From Labilithrix sp. (lineage in GTDB: Bacteria; Myxococcota_A; Polyangia; Polyangiales; Polyangiaceae), in the NCBI GenBank assembly GCA_046351255.1, contig JAXLYU010000009.1, positions 421,975 to 485,974 on the forward strand: a DNA stretch of 64,000 bases, given 5' to 3'. The translations under genes were made by a program, and so were the position numbers. Each line of letters opens with the position of its first letter. Position 1 is the first letter of the stretch. This document shows, one piece after another, positions 46,566-56,378 of the stretch. Under the pieces are notes generated by a model. It searched no databases. It was not told the DNA's origin and saw nothing but the letters and a program-made list of their open reading frames with translations.

Positions 46566-49219
46566 GCCGCGAGCTCCTGCAGATGGAAGCGCGCCACCTC
46601 GCGCACGACCTCGCTCTCGTTGTCCTTCAGGCTCTCGAGGAGGTCGTCGTAGTCCTTCTTCCGCGTGAACTGGTAATGGCGCGCGACGAGCGTCCACTCG
46701 TCCTCGGAGATCTCGTCGACGAGCCCTCTCACCGCGCTCCGGAGAGGATTCACGAGGATGCCGTCGATGAGCTCGAGGCTCGTGGCGCGCTGGTCCTTGG
46801 TCCCGCGGAGCTGGCGATGGATCTGCGCGAAATCCTCGGTGGGAAACGCGAGCCCGAGCAGGCGGAAGAGCCGGGAGACCGCGTTCTTCTCCTTGTGCTC
46901 GAGCGTCGTTCGCAGGAGGTCGTGGCCGGTCGTCTTGCGTCCGGGCTCGCCCTCCGCGCCGCGCGTGAGGACGAGGCGCGAGTCGAGCGACGCAAAGGCA
47001 CGCTGCACCGTCTGGTCGATGGTCTGCTGCAGGACCTTCGCGTCGAGCAGCAGGTCGGGCGTCCGGCGCACGAGCCGCTCGAGGGAGCGGATGATCTGGA
47101 ATCGCACCGCACCATCGCGCTCGTTCGGGAGCCAGGCGAGGAGCGCGGCTGCGGCCGGCTGTGGCGTGAGGAGCGCCATCGCGTGGGGCAGGCGCCAGCG
47201 CAGCGTGCTCGCCGCATCGGACCTCTCGAGCGCCGCGACGAGCCCCGGGAGCGCGCGATCCCCGAAGGTCGCGATCGCCTTCTCCGCGCTCGGCCGCGTC
47301 GTCTCCTCGCCGAGGCGCTCGATGAGGGCGGGGATGAAGGTCTCGCGCCCGAGCCGGCCCATCGCGTCGACCGCGGCGCAGCGCACCGGGGGCTCGACCG
47401 CCGTGGCGAGGGTGACGAGGACGTCGTCGTAGCCGGTCACACCGCGCTGGGCGATCGCCTCCGCGAGCGCGATCTTGGTCTGGGACGTCCCGCGCTTCAT
47501 GAGCGCGTCGATACGCTCCTTCGCGTCGGAGCCGTAGATCTCGCCCGATGCGATCAGGTTCACCGTGATCGTGGCGCGGACCTCGGCGCTCTCCTCGAAG
47601 CTCATTCGCATGAGCAGTTGCTGTGCGTCGGGCGCGAGCACCGAGCGGGCGGCGATGGTCGCGGCGCGGACGCGTGGCGACGGGTGCTCGATCACGCGGT
47701 CGATGACGTGCACGACGTTCGTGCGTCGCGCGCGCGTGAAGATCGCGAGCGCGCGCTCCACGACGACCTCCGACGGGTGATAGAGGATGAGGGCGGGAAT
47801 CAGGTGCACCTTCTCCTCGCGCTCGAGGACGTGAAGCGCGGCCAGCACCTCGTTGTCGAAGCGGCTGTCGAGCGCGGCGATGAGCGTCTCGAGGGAGGCG
47901 AGGTCGAGGTCGGGGAACTCCTCGAGGTGAATCACGCGGCCGGTCCTCAGGCGCGCGCGGAAGAGCTCGACGTACGGCTCGCGGAGCGCGAGGGAGGCCA
48001 CCGCCCAGAACGCGGCGATGGCGACGAGCCCGATCGCCAGCATCCGCAGCGTCGCGCCCGGCATCGCCGCGAACGCGAGGAGCGCGAGCGAGGCGACGAT
48101 TTGCCCGCCGCGCTGGCCGATGACGTCCATGAAGCCCTTCACGCGGGCGCGGGCCTCGTCGCTGAACGGCAGAAAGAGCAGTTCCGTCGCCGTGCGATGG
48201 AGGGAGTAGCGGAGCGAGCCGTCGGCGCTCTTCAGCGCGAGGACGGCCGCGATCCCACCCGTGGCCGCGATCGCGGCGCCGCCGAACGCGAGGAGCACGG
48301 GCAAGATGGCGAGCGCCGCGCCGAGTGAGGTGCGCTTGAGGAGCCGGCTCACGAGGAAGAGCTGGCACGCGAGCGAGGCGACGTTCAGCGCGAAGTACAC
48401 GGTGCCGAGGAAGCGCCCGAGGCTCGCGGCGGGGACCAGTCGCGCCACCATGCTCTTGAAGAGGTAGTCGGCGAGCGTGAGCGTGATGGTGGAGACGAGC
48501 AGCATCGCCACCACGCGTCGGGCGTAGAGCGACTCGCGGATGTATCCGAGGTTGCTCGCGAACGAGGTCCTGGCCTTGCCCTTGGCGGTGCCCGTATGGC
48601 CGGCGTCACGGAAGAGGAAGGGGAGGGCGGAGGTGGCGCCGAAGCCGATCGCGGAGACGAGGAGCAGGTCCTGCGCCGGGACCCAGCGCGTGAGCGCGCT
48701 CGCCGCGCCGCTGCCGAAGATGGCGCCGAGCACGCTGCCCGCGCCGATGAACCCGTAGAGCCGCTTCGCCTGCGTGACGCTGAAGAGGTTGCCCACGAGC
48801 GTCCAGAAGTGGACGAGCAGGAGCGTGGTGAGGAGCCCGGACCAGACGTAGAGCGCGTAGAGCCCCGATCGGCCGAGGCGCTCGACGACGGTGAAGAACG
48901 CGAACGTCACCCCGCCCGCCGCGAGCGAGAACACGGCGAGCGCGGGGCGCGCAGAGATGCGCGCGGACACGATCGCCTGGGCCCGGGCGATGACGAACGA
49001 CAGCCCGGCGACGGCGAGAAAGACCCAAGGGAGCTGCGACGCCGGGACCTTGGCGAGGAAGAGCGCGTCGCGCGCGGTCTCGAGGACGGTGTGGCTGCCG
49101 ATGAGCCCGAAGAGCGTGAAGAACGCGGCCCACGCGTCACGTCGCTCGTCCGGTCGTATCGCGAGGAGTGCCACCCGAGCGCGGCATCCTAGCCTGTTGT
49201 ACGCTCGTGACCATCGCAC
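46562..49219 (-). CDS. TLC (ATP/ADP-translocase-like) membrane domain fused to C-terminal HEAT-repeat domain
   Basis: About 12 TM helices with TLC-like motifs in the first ~430 aa, then ~450 aa of HEAT/PBS-lyase-like repeats (…PRVRAATIAARS…, …PPVRCAAVDAMG…). Confidence 0.65.
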   Translation of the reverse strand: MRWSRAYNRLGCRARVALLAIRPDERRDAWAAFFTLFGLIGSHTVLETARDALFLAKVPASQLPWVFLAVAGLSFVIARAQAIVSARISARPALAVFSLAAGGVTFAFFTVVERLGRSGLYALYVWSGLLTTLLLVHFWTLVGNLFSVTQAKRLYGFIGAGSVLGAIFGSGAASALTRWVPAQDLLLVSAIGFGATSALPFLFRDAGHTGTAKGKARTSFASNLGYIRESLYARRVVAMLLVSTITLTLADYLFKSMVARLVPAASLGRFLGTVYFALNVASLACQLFLVSRLLKRTSLGAALAILPVLLAFGGAAIAATGGIAAVLALKSADGSLRYSLHRTATELLFLPFSDEARARVKGFMDVIGQRGGQIVASLALLAFAAMPGATLRMLAIGLVAIAAFWAVASLALREPYVELFRARLRTGRVIHLEEFPDLDLASLETLIAALDSRFDNEVLAALHVLEREEKVHLIPALILYHPSEVVVERALAIFTRARRTNVVHVIDRVIEHPSPRVRAATIAARSVLAPDAQQLLMRMSFEESAEVRATITVNLIASGEIYGSDAKERIDALMKRGTSQTKIALAEAIAQRGVTGYDDVLVTLATAVEPPVRCAAVDAMGRLGRETFIPALIERLGEETTRPSAEKAIATFGDRALPGLVAALERSDAASTLRWRLPHAMALLTPQPAAAALLAWLPNERDGAVRFQIIRSLERLVRRTPDLLLDAKVLQQTIDQTVQRAFASLDSRLVLTRGAEGEPGRKTTGHDLLRTTLEHKEKNAVSRLFRLLGLAFPTEDFAQIHRQLRGTKDQRATSLELIDGILVNPLRSAVRGLVDEISEDEWTLVARHYQFTRKKDYDDLLESLKDNESEVVREVARFHLQELAA

Positions 49220-50079
49220 GCTGGATCACGGCGGTTCTCGTCTTCTTCGCCTGGGGCTTCGTCATGCACGGGACGGGGCTCCTGTTGCACGAGTTCGGCG
49301 GTCACGCGCTGACGGCGACCATCTGGGGCTGCGGCATCGACGCCTACAAGCTGACGTTCTTCGGGCACGGGCAGGTCACACGCACGCCCTGCGAGGACTG
49401 GACGATGACCGGCATCGTCATCACGGACTGGTCCGGGCTCGTCATCACGAGCGCGGCTGGCGCCGTCGCGGCCGGGCTCCTCCGGAGGCGCCACTGGCCG
49501 CCGATGTGGCGCCTCCTCGTCGCGCTCGTCGCGTTCTTCTTCCTGATCGGCCAGCTCGGCTACGCGACGACGGGCGGCTTTCACGACCTCTACGATCCAG
49601 GCCGCACCGCGCGTTGGCTCGGCAAGCGCGGGCTCCACGTCCTCGCGTGGGTGCCCTCGATGATCCTCTACGCGCTCTCCGCAGTGTACTGCGCGCGCGA
49701 GGCGGTGGACGCCTATCGCGAGCACTTCGGTACGAAGACCCGCCTTCGCACGCTCGGACATCTCGCGAGCACGCTCGGGGTCGCGGGGGTCCTCTACTTC
49801 ATGGCGTTCCGGATCGAGTGGAAGATCCGCGAGGACCTCGCGATGCGCGGCGTGGAGGTGGAGGCCGAGCGTCTCGCGGTGGTGCGGCACACGGCGCCCC
49901 CGTTCCCGATCGACAAGGTGCTCCTCCTCATCTCCCTCGGCGCCGTGATCTGGGCCTTTGCGCGGCCGATCCGCGAGACGAACGACCCGCGGCCCTATCC
50001 CGGGCGCCTCCCGGCGATCGTCGCGCTCGCCGCCGCCGGGTGCTTTCTCCTGATGTTCCTCCTCATAGTACGCTCCTAG
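49168..50079 (+). CDS. polytopic membrane protein, hypothetical (HEFGGH motif)
   Basis: Six or more TM helices. The start may be ATG 49264. It overlaps the TLC-HEAT start divergently. Confidence 0.45.
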   Translation: MPPERGILACCTLVTIARWITAVLVFFAWGFVMHGTGLLLHEFGGHALTATIWGCGIDAYKLTFFGHGQVTRTPCEDWTMTGIVITDWSGLVITSAAGAVAAGLLRRRHWPPMWRLLVALVAFFFLIGQLGYATTGGFHDLYDPGRTARWLGKRGLHVLAWVPSMILYALSAVYCAREAVDAYREHFGTKTRLRTLGHLASTLGVAGVLYFMAFRIEWKIREDLAMRGVEVEAERLAVVRHTAPPFPIDKVLLLISLGAVIWAFARPIRETNDPRPYPGRLPAIVALAAAGCFLLMFLLIVRS

Positions 50080-50081
50080 GC

Positions 50082-50657
50082 ATGAAGCGCTTGGCGGGGG
50101 CATGGGCGACGGTGGTGGCGTGCGTGAGCGAGCCGCCGCCGGCGGCGGTCATGGTGCCGTCGCCGTCGCCGCCGTCCGCGTCGTCCCCCGAGCCGTCACC
50201 GCCGCCGTCACCGCCACCGACCCAGGAGCCGCTCGCGTCTCCAGCGCCGGAGCCGGAGCCCCCGCCGGCTCCGGCCGCGACACCATCTTCGGCCCCGACA
50301 CCGCTGGGCCGCCTCGGCAGCCACAATGGCTCGCCGACCCTTCGCCAGGGCGCCGTGACCGTCAGCGGCAAGCTCCCGCCGGAGGTGATCCAGCGCATCG
50401 TTCGTCAGAACTACGGTCGCTTCCGTCTCTGTTACGAGAACGGGCTCCGGGCGAACGCAAAGCTCGGCGGCACGGTGACGGTCAAGCTCGTCATCGATCC
50501 CACCGGCGCCGTGAAGAGCGCGAACGACGGCGGCTCGTCGCTGCCGGACGCGGGCGTCGTGGCGTGTGTCGTGAAGGGCTTCAGCAACCTCAGCTTCCCG
50601 TCGCCGGCGTCGGGGATGGTCACCGTGACCTATCCCATCGTCTTCACGCCACCCTGA
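50082..50657 (+). CDS. AgmX/PglI C-terminal-domain protein with Pro-rich linker
   Basis: The C-terminus 'IQRIVRQNYGRFRLCYENGLRANAKLGGTVTVKLVIDPTGAV…VVACVVKGFSNLSFPSPASGMVTVTYPIVF' matches the AgmX/PglI C-terminal domain consensus. The N-terminus has a signal/lipobox (VVAC). Confidence 0.65.
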   Translation: MKRLAGAWATVVACVSEPPPAAVMVPSPSPPSASSPEPSPPPSPPPTQEPLASPAPEPEPPPAPAATPSSAPTPLGRLGSHNGSPTLRQGAVTVSGKLPPEVIQRIVRQNYGRFRLCYENGLRANAKLGGTVTVKLVIDPTGAVKSANDGGSSLPDAGVVACVVKGFSNLSFPSPASGMVTVTYPIVFTPP

Positions 50658-50917
50658 GCCGGCGCAGGCCGCTCGACACCCGATCGGGTGTCATCCGATC
50701 GATCGACGCAGCAGGCGGTTCACGGGAGCGTGAAATTCCGGGCACTTCGCGGTCCTCCGCGGGCAGTTTCTCGCCTCGAGCAACGTGGCGTGGCGTCTGC
50801 AGTCGCGGAGACCGCCCGCTTAAGATCGACTCAGCATTCTCTTCGCCGACACTTAGGATCGCGAGTCGGCCGTCCGAGTCATCTTGAGCGAGGTCTTCGA
50901 AACAGGAACCTCCGCTC

Positions 50918-52285
50918 ATGAAAACCACCGCTCTCGGCCACGCTGCCATCCTCTTCTCGTCCGCCGTCATCGCTTTGTCCATCGTCGTCACCGGCTGCAC
51001 CGACGACTCGCCGTCGCCTTCGCAGGGGCCCGCGTCCGGCGCCGTGACGCCCGCGGGGGGCGCGCGCTTCTTCCTCCCCACCGGCGCGGAGATCGACAAC
51101 ACGGCCGCGCCTGTCGTCGAGGTCGACTCGCAGGGCACGACGCACGCCCTCTATCCCGCCTACGCAGGCGGCGGCGCGTACTACGCGCACTGCGGTGCGG
51201 GCTGCGGCGGCCCGGACACCACGAAGGTCGTGAAGCTCGAGACGGACGGCACCGTCGCGAACGCGATGCTCGTCCTCGATGCGCAGGACCGACCGCGCGT
51301 GCTCCTCTCGTCGTTCTCGAAGCTCTACTGGGCGAGCTGTGACGGCGCTTGCGACGAGCGGGCGTCGTGGACAGTGTCGATGATCCTCGACCACGGCGGC
51401 GATCGCGAGGTGAGCGGCGAGGCGCTGGCGCTCGACCCGCAGGGCCGCCCGCGATTCGTCATGCACACGTACCGCGCGTACCTCGGCATCGGCCAGAAGA
51501 CGCCGGAGACGCTCTGGGTCGCTTGCGACGGCGCCTGCGAGAAGCCCGAGAGCTGGTCGCGGTCGGTGATGCAGGCGGCGATCTTCGAGGGATCGCACCT
51601 CCGCTTCGACGAAAGGGGCGTCGCGAAGCTCGCGACGGTGACGGAGGGCAAGGCGGCGTACCTCGAGTGCGCGTCGGGCTGCACCACCGAGAACGACTGG
51701 CACGGCATCGGCCTCGGCGACGCGTTCGCGAGCGAGTACGACGCGGTGGCGATGAAGCCGACGATCGCGATGGCGCTCACGAAGGCGGGCGGGCCGCGCG
51801 TCGTCTTCATGGCGAAGAGCGCCGAGGGCAAGCGGCAGATCCAGTACATCGGCTGCGACGCGGACTGCGCGCAGGATCACTGGAAGGGGATGATCCTCAG
51901 CGACCACGAGAAGCTCGCGGTGGGCCTCGACATCGCGCTCACGGCGGAGGACCAGCCGCGCATCGCGTACAACCTGGACTACAACATCGCGGTCGCGACC
52001 TGCGAGGACGGACACTGCGAGACGGGCGACGCGCCGTGGGACCTCGTGATGATCGAGAAGAGCTCGTCCATCCCGGCAGACCAGATCTTCCTCTACGCCA
52101 ACTGCAACGTCGGCGCGTGGTTCCTCCACTCCCCGTCGATCGCGCTCACGCCGGCCGGCGACTACCGCGTCGGGTACCAGGCGCGGGACATCAGCGGCGG
52201 CTGGTCGAAGCAGGACTACACGAAGGCGGGGTGCCGCGCGGGCACCGACATGACCTGGAGTCGCCTCGCTCTGGTCTCGAAATAG
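50918..52285 (+). CDS. lipoprotein with repeated 'CDGAC'/'GC…C' modules, hypothetical
   Basis: Lipobox VVTGC, with an internal ~90-aa repeat containing paired Cys (…WASCDGACDE…, …VACDGACEK…, …ECASGCTTE…, …GCDADCAQD…). Confidence 0.6.
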   Translation: MKTTALGHAAILFSSAVIALSIVVTGCTDDSPSPSQGPASGAVTPAGGARFFLPTGAEIDNTAAPVVEVDSQGTTHALYPAYAGGGAYYAHCGAGCGGPDTTKVVKLETDGTVANAMLVLDAQDRPRVLLSSFSKLYWASCDGACDERASWTVSMILDHGGDREVSGEALALDPQGRPRFVMHTYRAYLGIGQKTPETLWVACDGACEKPESWSRSVMQAAIFEGSHLRFDERGVAKLATVTEGKAAYLECASGCTTENDWHGIGLGDAFASEYDAVAMKPTIAMALTKAGGPRVVFMAKSAEGKRQIQYIGCDADCAQDHWKGMILSDHEKLAVGLDIALTAEDQPRIAYNLDYNIAVATCEDGHCETGDAPWDLVMIEKSSSIPADQIFLYANCNVGAWFLHSPSIALTPAGDYRVGYQARDISGGWSKQDYTKAGCRAGTDMTWSRLALVSK

Positions 52286-52432
52286 CTCGAGCACGTCGAG
52301 CCCAAGCGACGGAAATGGCAGCTTTTTGCCGTGTAATCGCGGGCGAAGAGGCGAGGCGCAACGTCACTCTTCGCCGCGGAGCCCCGTCGTGGTACTGGCT
52401 GCGGCAACTAACCGACCAAACGGAGAATTTCC

Positions 52433-54559
52433 TTGGCCGCCAAGATTCCCCTCGAACGCATTCGTAACATCGGCATTTCGGCTCACATCGACTCGGGCAA
52501 GACGACGCTCACCGAGCGCGTCCTGTTCTACACGGGCCGAATCCACAAGATCCATGAGGTCCGCGGCAAGGACGGCGTCGGCGCCAAGATGGACTCGATG
52601 GATCTCGAGCGCGAGAAGGGCATCACGATCCAGTCCGCGGCGACGTACTGCCTGTGGCCTGGCTCGCAGAACCAGATCGAGCCGATCAACATCAACATCA
52701 TCGACACGCCAGGCCACGTCGACTTCACGATCGAAGTCGAGCGCGCGCTCCGCGTCCTCGACGGCGCGGTCCTGATCCTCGACTCCGGCAAGGGCGTCCA
52801 GAGCCAGTCGATCACGGTCGACAAGCAGATGAAGCGGTATCACGTGCCGCGCATCGCCTTCGTCAACAAGATGGATAATCCCGGCGCCAACTACGAGAAG
52901 GGCGCCGACATGCTCGCGAGCTCGGTCACCTGGCGCGCGCCGCCGCGATCCAGCTGCCGATGGGCGGAGCATGAGTTCAAGGGCATCATCGACCCGATCC
53001 TCATGAAGGTCTTCATCGAGGGCAACGACGGGCGAGGTCATCAAGGAAGTCGAGATCCCGCCGAGCGCCAAGCGAGGTCGCCGAGGCCCGCCGCGCACAT
53101 CATCGAGAAGGTGGCCGACGTCGAGGACACCCTCGCCGAGAAGTTCCTCGCCGAGGAGCCCATCTCGATCGAGGAGATCCGCGCCGCCATCCGCCGCGCG
53201 ACCCTCTCGCTCAAGATGACGCCGGTCATGTGCGGCTCGGCCGTCAAGAACAAGGGCGTCCAGCTCCTGCTCGACGCGGTCTACTACTACCTCCCGAACC
53301 CGACGGAGGTCGTCAACGAGGCGCACGACCAGGACAACAACGAGGCGAAGGTCGTCGTCAAGAACGACCCCTCCGGCCCGTTCGTCGGCCTCGCGTTCAA
53401 GCTCCAGCAGGACAAGTACGGTCAGCTCACGTACTTCCGCCTCTACTCGGGCCGCATTGCTGCGGGCGACACCATCTTCAACACGTCGAACGAGAACCGT
53501 AAGGTCCGCGTCCCGCGAATGTTCCGCATGCACTCCGACGACCGCGAAGAGATTCAGGTCGCGGAGGCCGGTGACATCGTCGCCTTCTACGGCGTCGAGG
53601 CCTCGTCCGGCGAGACGTTCACGGACGGCAAGGTCAACTACACGCTGACCTCGATGCACGTCCCGGCCGCCGTCATCTCGCTCGCCGTCGCTCCGAAGGA
53701 CCGCGGCGCGGAGACGAACTTCTCGAAGGCGCTGAACCGCTTCACGAAGGAGGACCCCACCTTCCGCGTGCACCAGGATGAGGAGTCGCAGCAGACCATC
53801 ATCTCGGGCATGGGTGAGCTCCACCTCGACATCTACATGGAGCGCATGAAGCGCGAGTACAACTGCGAGGTCGTCGCCGGCAAGCCGCAGGTCGCGTACC
53901 GCGAGTCGATCTCGAAGAAGGCCGAGATCAACTACACCCACAAGAAGCAGACGGGTGGCTCGGGCCAGTACGCGAAGGTCATGGGCTACATCGAGCCGCT
54001 CCCGCCGGACGCGGTCGAGAGCTACGAGTTCGTGGACGACGTCGTCGGCGGCTCCATCCCGCGCGAGTTCATCTCGTCGTGTGACAAGGGCTTCAAGGAG
54101 GCGGTCAAGAAGGGCAACCTCATCGGCTTCCCCGTCGTCGGTATCCGCTGCTGCGTGAACGACGGCGCGAGCCACGCGGTCGACTCCTCCGAAATGGCCT
54201 TCAAGACGGCGGCCATGATGGGCTTCCGTGAGGCCTACGAGAAGGCGGGCGCGACGATCCTCGAGCCGATCATGAAGGTCGAGATCGACGCCCCGACCGA
54301 GTTCCAGGGCGCCGTCGTCGGCCAGGTCAATCAGCGCCGCGGCGTCATCCAGGAGACGATCGCGGGCGACACCGTGAACGTCATCGCCGAGGTCCCGCTG
54401 AACGCGATGTTCGGTTACTCGACCGACCTCCGCTCCGCCACGCAGGGCAAGGGCACCTTCACGATGGAATTCGCGAAGTACGCCGTCGTTCCGCGCCAGG
54501 AGCAGGACGAGATGATCAAGGCCTACAAGGCCAAGCTCGCCGCGGACGCGAAGAAGTAA
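52433..54559 (+). CDS. fusA: elongation factor G (second-type, spd/mitochondrial-EFG1-like)
   Basis: TTG start after a GGAGAA RBS. G1 'AHIDSGKTT' and a 'GKDGVGAKMDSM' insert typical of spd-type EF-G. It is not in an str operon context. Residues ~160-220 are garbled by compensating frameshifts (see findings). Confidence 0.85.
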   Translation: MAAKIPLERIRNIGISAHIDSGKTTLTERVLFYTGRIHKIHEVRGKDGVGAKMDSMDLEREKGITIQSAATYCLWPGSQNQIEPININIIDTPGHVDFTIEVERALRVLDGAVLILDSGKGVQSQSITVDKQMKRYHVPRIAFVNKMDNPGANYEKGADMLASSVTWRAPPRSSCRWAEHEFKGIIDPILMKVFIEGNDGRGHQGSRDPAERQARSPRPAAHIIEKVADVEDTLAEKFLAEEPISIEEIRAAIRRATLSLKMTPVMCGSAVKNKGVQLLLDAVYYYLPNPTEVVNEAHDQDNNEAKVVVKNDPSGPFVGLAFKLQQDKYGQLTYFRLYSGRIAAGDTIFNTSNENRKVRVPRMFRMHSDDREEIQVAEAGDIVAFYGVEASSGETFTDGKVNYTLTSMHVPAAVISLAVAPKDRGAETNFSKALNRFTKEDPTFRVHQDEESQQTIISGMGELHLDIYMERMKREYNCEVVAGKPQVAYRESISKKAEINYTHKKQTGGSGQYAKVMGYIEPLPPDAVESYEFVDDVVGGSIPREFISSCDKGFKEAVKKGNLIGFPVVGIRCCVNDGASHAVDSSEMAFKTAAMMGFREAYEKAGATILEPIMKVEIDAPTEFQGAVVGQVNQRRGVIQETIAGDTVNVIAEVPLNAMFGYSTDLRSATQGKGTFTMEFAKYAVVPRQEQDEMIKAYKAKLAADAKK

Positions 54560-54582
54560 GTCCTTCGCCGTCCAACCCCGGG

Positions 54583-54620
54583 AGCCCTCGACGCCGCACG
54601 GTGTCGGGGGCTTTCGTCGT
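54583..54620 (+). terminator. possible intrinsic terminator after fusA
   Basis: AGCCCTCGAC…GTCGGGGGCT stem followed by TTTCGTCGTC. The T-tract is weak. Confidence 0.25.
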
Positions 54621-54635
54621 CTAGACTGGCGGTCG

Positions 54636-56378
54636 ATGGCGCGCCTCGACCCTCACTCCTATGCGGATGACACCCAGCCTCGCACCCGTCACTTCGACTG
54701 GCGGGCGCGCGTGGACTTCGAGACGCGCACCCTCGACGCGGAGGTGACGCTCCGCTTCGAGCGCGCCGCGGGCGGCGGGACGCTCGACCTCGACACGCGC
54801 GGCCTCGACGTCCGGCGCGTGACGGCGCCAGACGGCTCTGCGCTCTCGTTCGTGCTGCATCCGGCGGAGCCCATCTTCGGGCAGCGGCTCGCGATCTCGG
54901 TCCCTGCGGGGACCGAGGCGCTGACGGTGAGCTATCGCACCTCGCCGGACGCCTCCGCGCTGCAATGGCTCGAACCCGCGCAGACGTACGGTCGCAAGCA
55001 CCCGTATGTGTTCTCGCAGTGCCAGGCGATCCACGCGCGAAGCATCCTGCCGTGTCAGGACACGCCGTCGATCCGGCAGACCTTCACCGCCTCCCTCGAG
55101 GTCCCGGCCTCGCTCCGCGCAGTGATGGCGGCCGCGCCGCTCGAGCGTGACGGCGCGACCTATCGCTTCGAGATGCCGCAGCCGATCCCGCCGTATCTCC
55201 TGGCCTTCGCGGTCGGCGATCTGGCCTCCAAGGACGTCTCGCCGCGCTCGCGCGTCTGGGCGGAGCCCGGAGAGCTCGAGGCCGCGGTGTGGGAGCTCGA
55301 GGTCGTCCCGGAGCATCTCCGCGTGGCGGAGTCGCTCTTCGGCCAGTACGACTGGGACCGCTTCGATCTCCTCGTCATGCCGCCCTCGTTCCCGTACGGC
55401 GGCATGGAGAACCCGCGCCTCACGTTCCTCACGCCCACGCTCCTCGCGGGCGATCGCAGCCTCGTCAACGTGGTGGCCCACGAGCTCGCGCACTCGTGGA
55501 CGGGCAACCTCGTGACCAACTCCACAGCGGAGCATTTTTGGCTGAACGAGGGCTTCACCGTCTTCGCGGAGCGTCGGATCCTCGCCGCGCTCGAGGGCGA
55601 GGACATGGCCGCGCTCCACGCCGCCATCGGCTTCCAGCGCCTGCAGAAGGCCTTCGAGCAGTTCGAGAAGCATCCCGAGCTCACCCGTCTCCGGACGCAC
55701 CTCGCGGGCATCGATCCCGACGACGCGTTCAGCGCCGTCCCCTACGAAAAGGGCTTCCTCTTCCTCAAGACGCTCGAGGCCGCGGCTGGCCAGGAGGCCT
55801 TCGACGACGTGATGCGGACCTGGCTCGGCGAGCATCGCTTCGGCGCCGCGACGACCGGCGACTTCCTCGCCCTCGTCGACCGCCTGCAGCCCGGCCTCCT
55901 CGCGAAGGTCGACGCCCCTGCGTGGATCGACGGCGCCGGCCTCCCCGCGAATCACTGGAAGCCGGCGTCGGCGAAGCTGACGGCGCTCGAGGCCGTGATC
56001 GGCCGCGCCCCGACGGACGACGAAGGCAAGGCCTGGAGCGCGACGGAGTGGCAGCTCTACCTCGAGGGCACGCCGCATCCGAGCCCGAAGGCGCTCTGCG
56101 AGGACCTGGAGGCGCGCTTCTCGCTGACCGCGTCGAAGAACATGGAGATCCTCGTGAGCTGGCTCGTCCTCGCGTGCGAGTCGGGCCACGCGGCGACCGT
56201 TCTGCCGCGCGTCGACGAGGTGCTGAGCCGCGTGGGCCGCACGAAGTACGTGAAGCCGCTCTTTGCGGCGCTCGCGAGGCGCCCCGAGACCGCCCCGCAC
56301 GCCCGCGAGCTCTTCGAGCGCCTCCGCGCGACCTACCATCCGATCACGCAGCAGGCCGTTCGCTCGCTCCTCAGGTAG
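54636..56378 (+). CDS. M1 family aminopeptidase (leukotriene A4 hydrolase-like)
   Basis: 'GGMEN' motif, 'HELAHSWTGN' (HExxH), and a downstream 'WLNEGFT' Glu. Confidence 0.85.
   Translation: MARLDPHSYADDTQPRTRHFDWRARVDFETRTLDAEVTLRFERAAGGGTLDLDTRGLDVRRVTAPDGSALSFVLHPAEPIFGQRLAISVPAGTEALTVSYRTSPDASALQWLEPAQTYGRKHPYVFSQCQAIHARSILPCQDTPSIRQTFTASLEVPASLRAVMAAAPLERDGATYRFEMPQPIPPYLLAFAVGDLASKDVSPRSRVWAEPGELEAAVWELEVVPEHLRVAESLFGQYDWDRFDLLVMPPSFPYGGMENPRLTFLTPTLLAGDRSLVNVVAHELAHSWTGNLVTNSTAEHFWLNEGFTVFAERRILAALEGEDMAALHAAIGFQRLQKAFEQFEKHPELTRLRTHLAGIDPDDAFSAVPYEKGFLFLKTLEAAAGQEAFDDVMRTWLGEHRFGAATTGDFLALVDRLQPGLLAKVDAPAWIDGAGLPANHWKPASAKLTALEAVIGRAPTDDEGKAWSATEWQLYLEGTPHPSPKALCEDLEARFSLTASKNMEILVSWLVLACESGHAATVLPRVDEVLSRVGRTKYVKPLFAALARRPETAPHARELFERLRATYHPITQQAVRSLLR

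Noticed and set aside
49200-49290. HEFGGH as a zinc-metalloprotease HExxH site in the membrane protein
   Set aside because: The spacing is HExxxH, not HExxH, so there is no basis to call it a protease.
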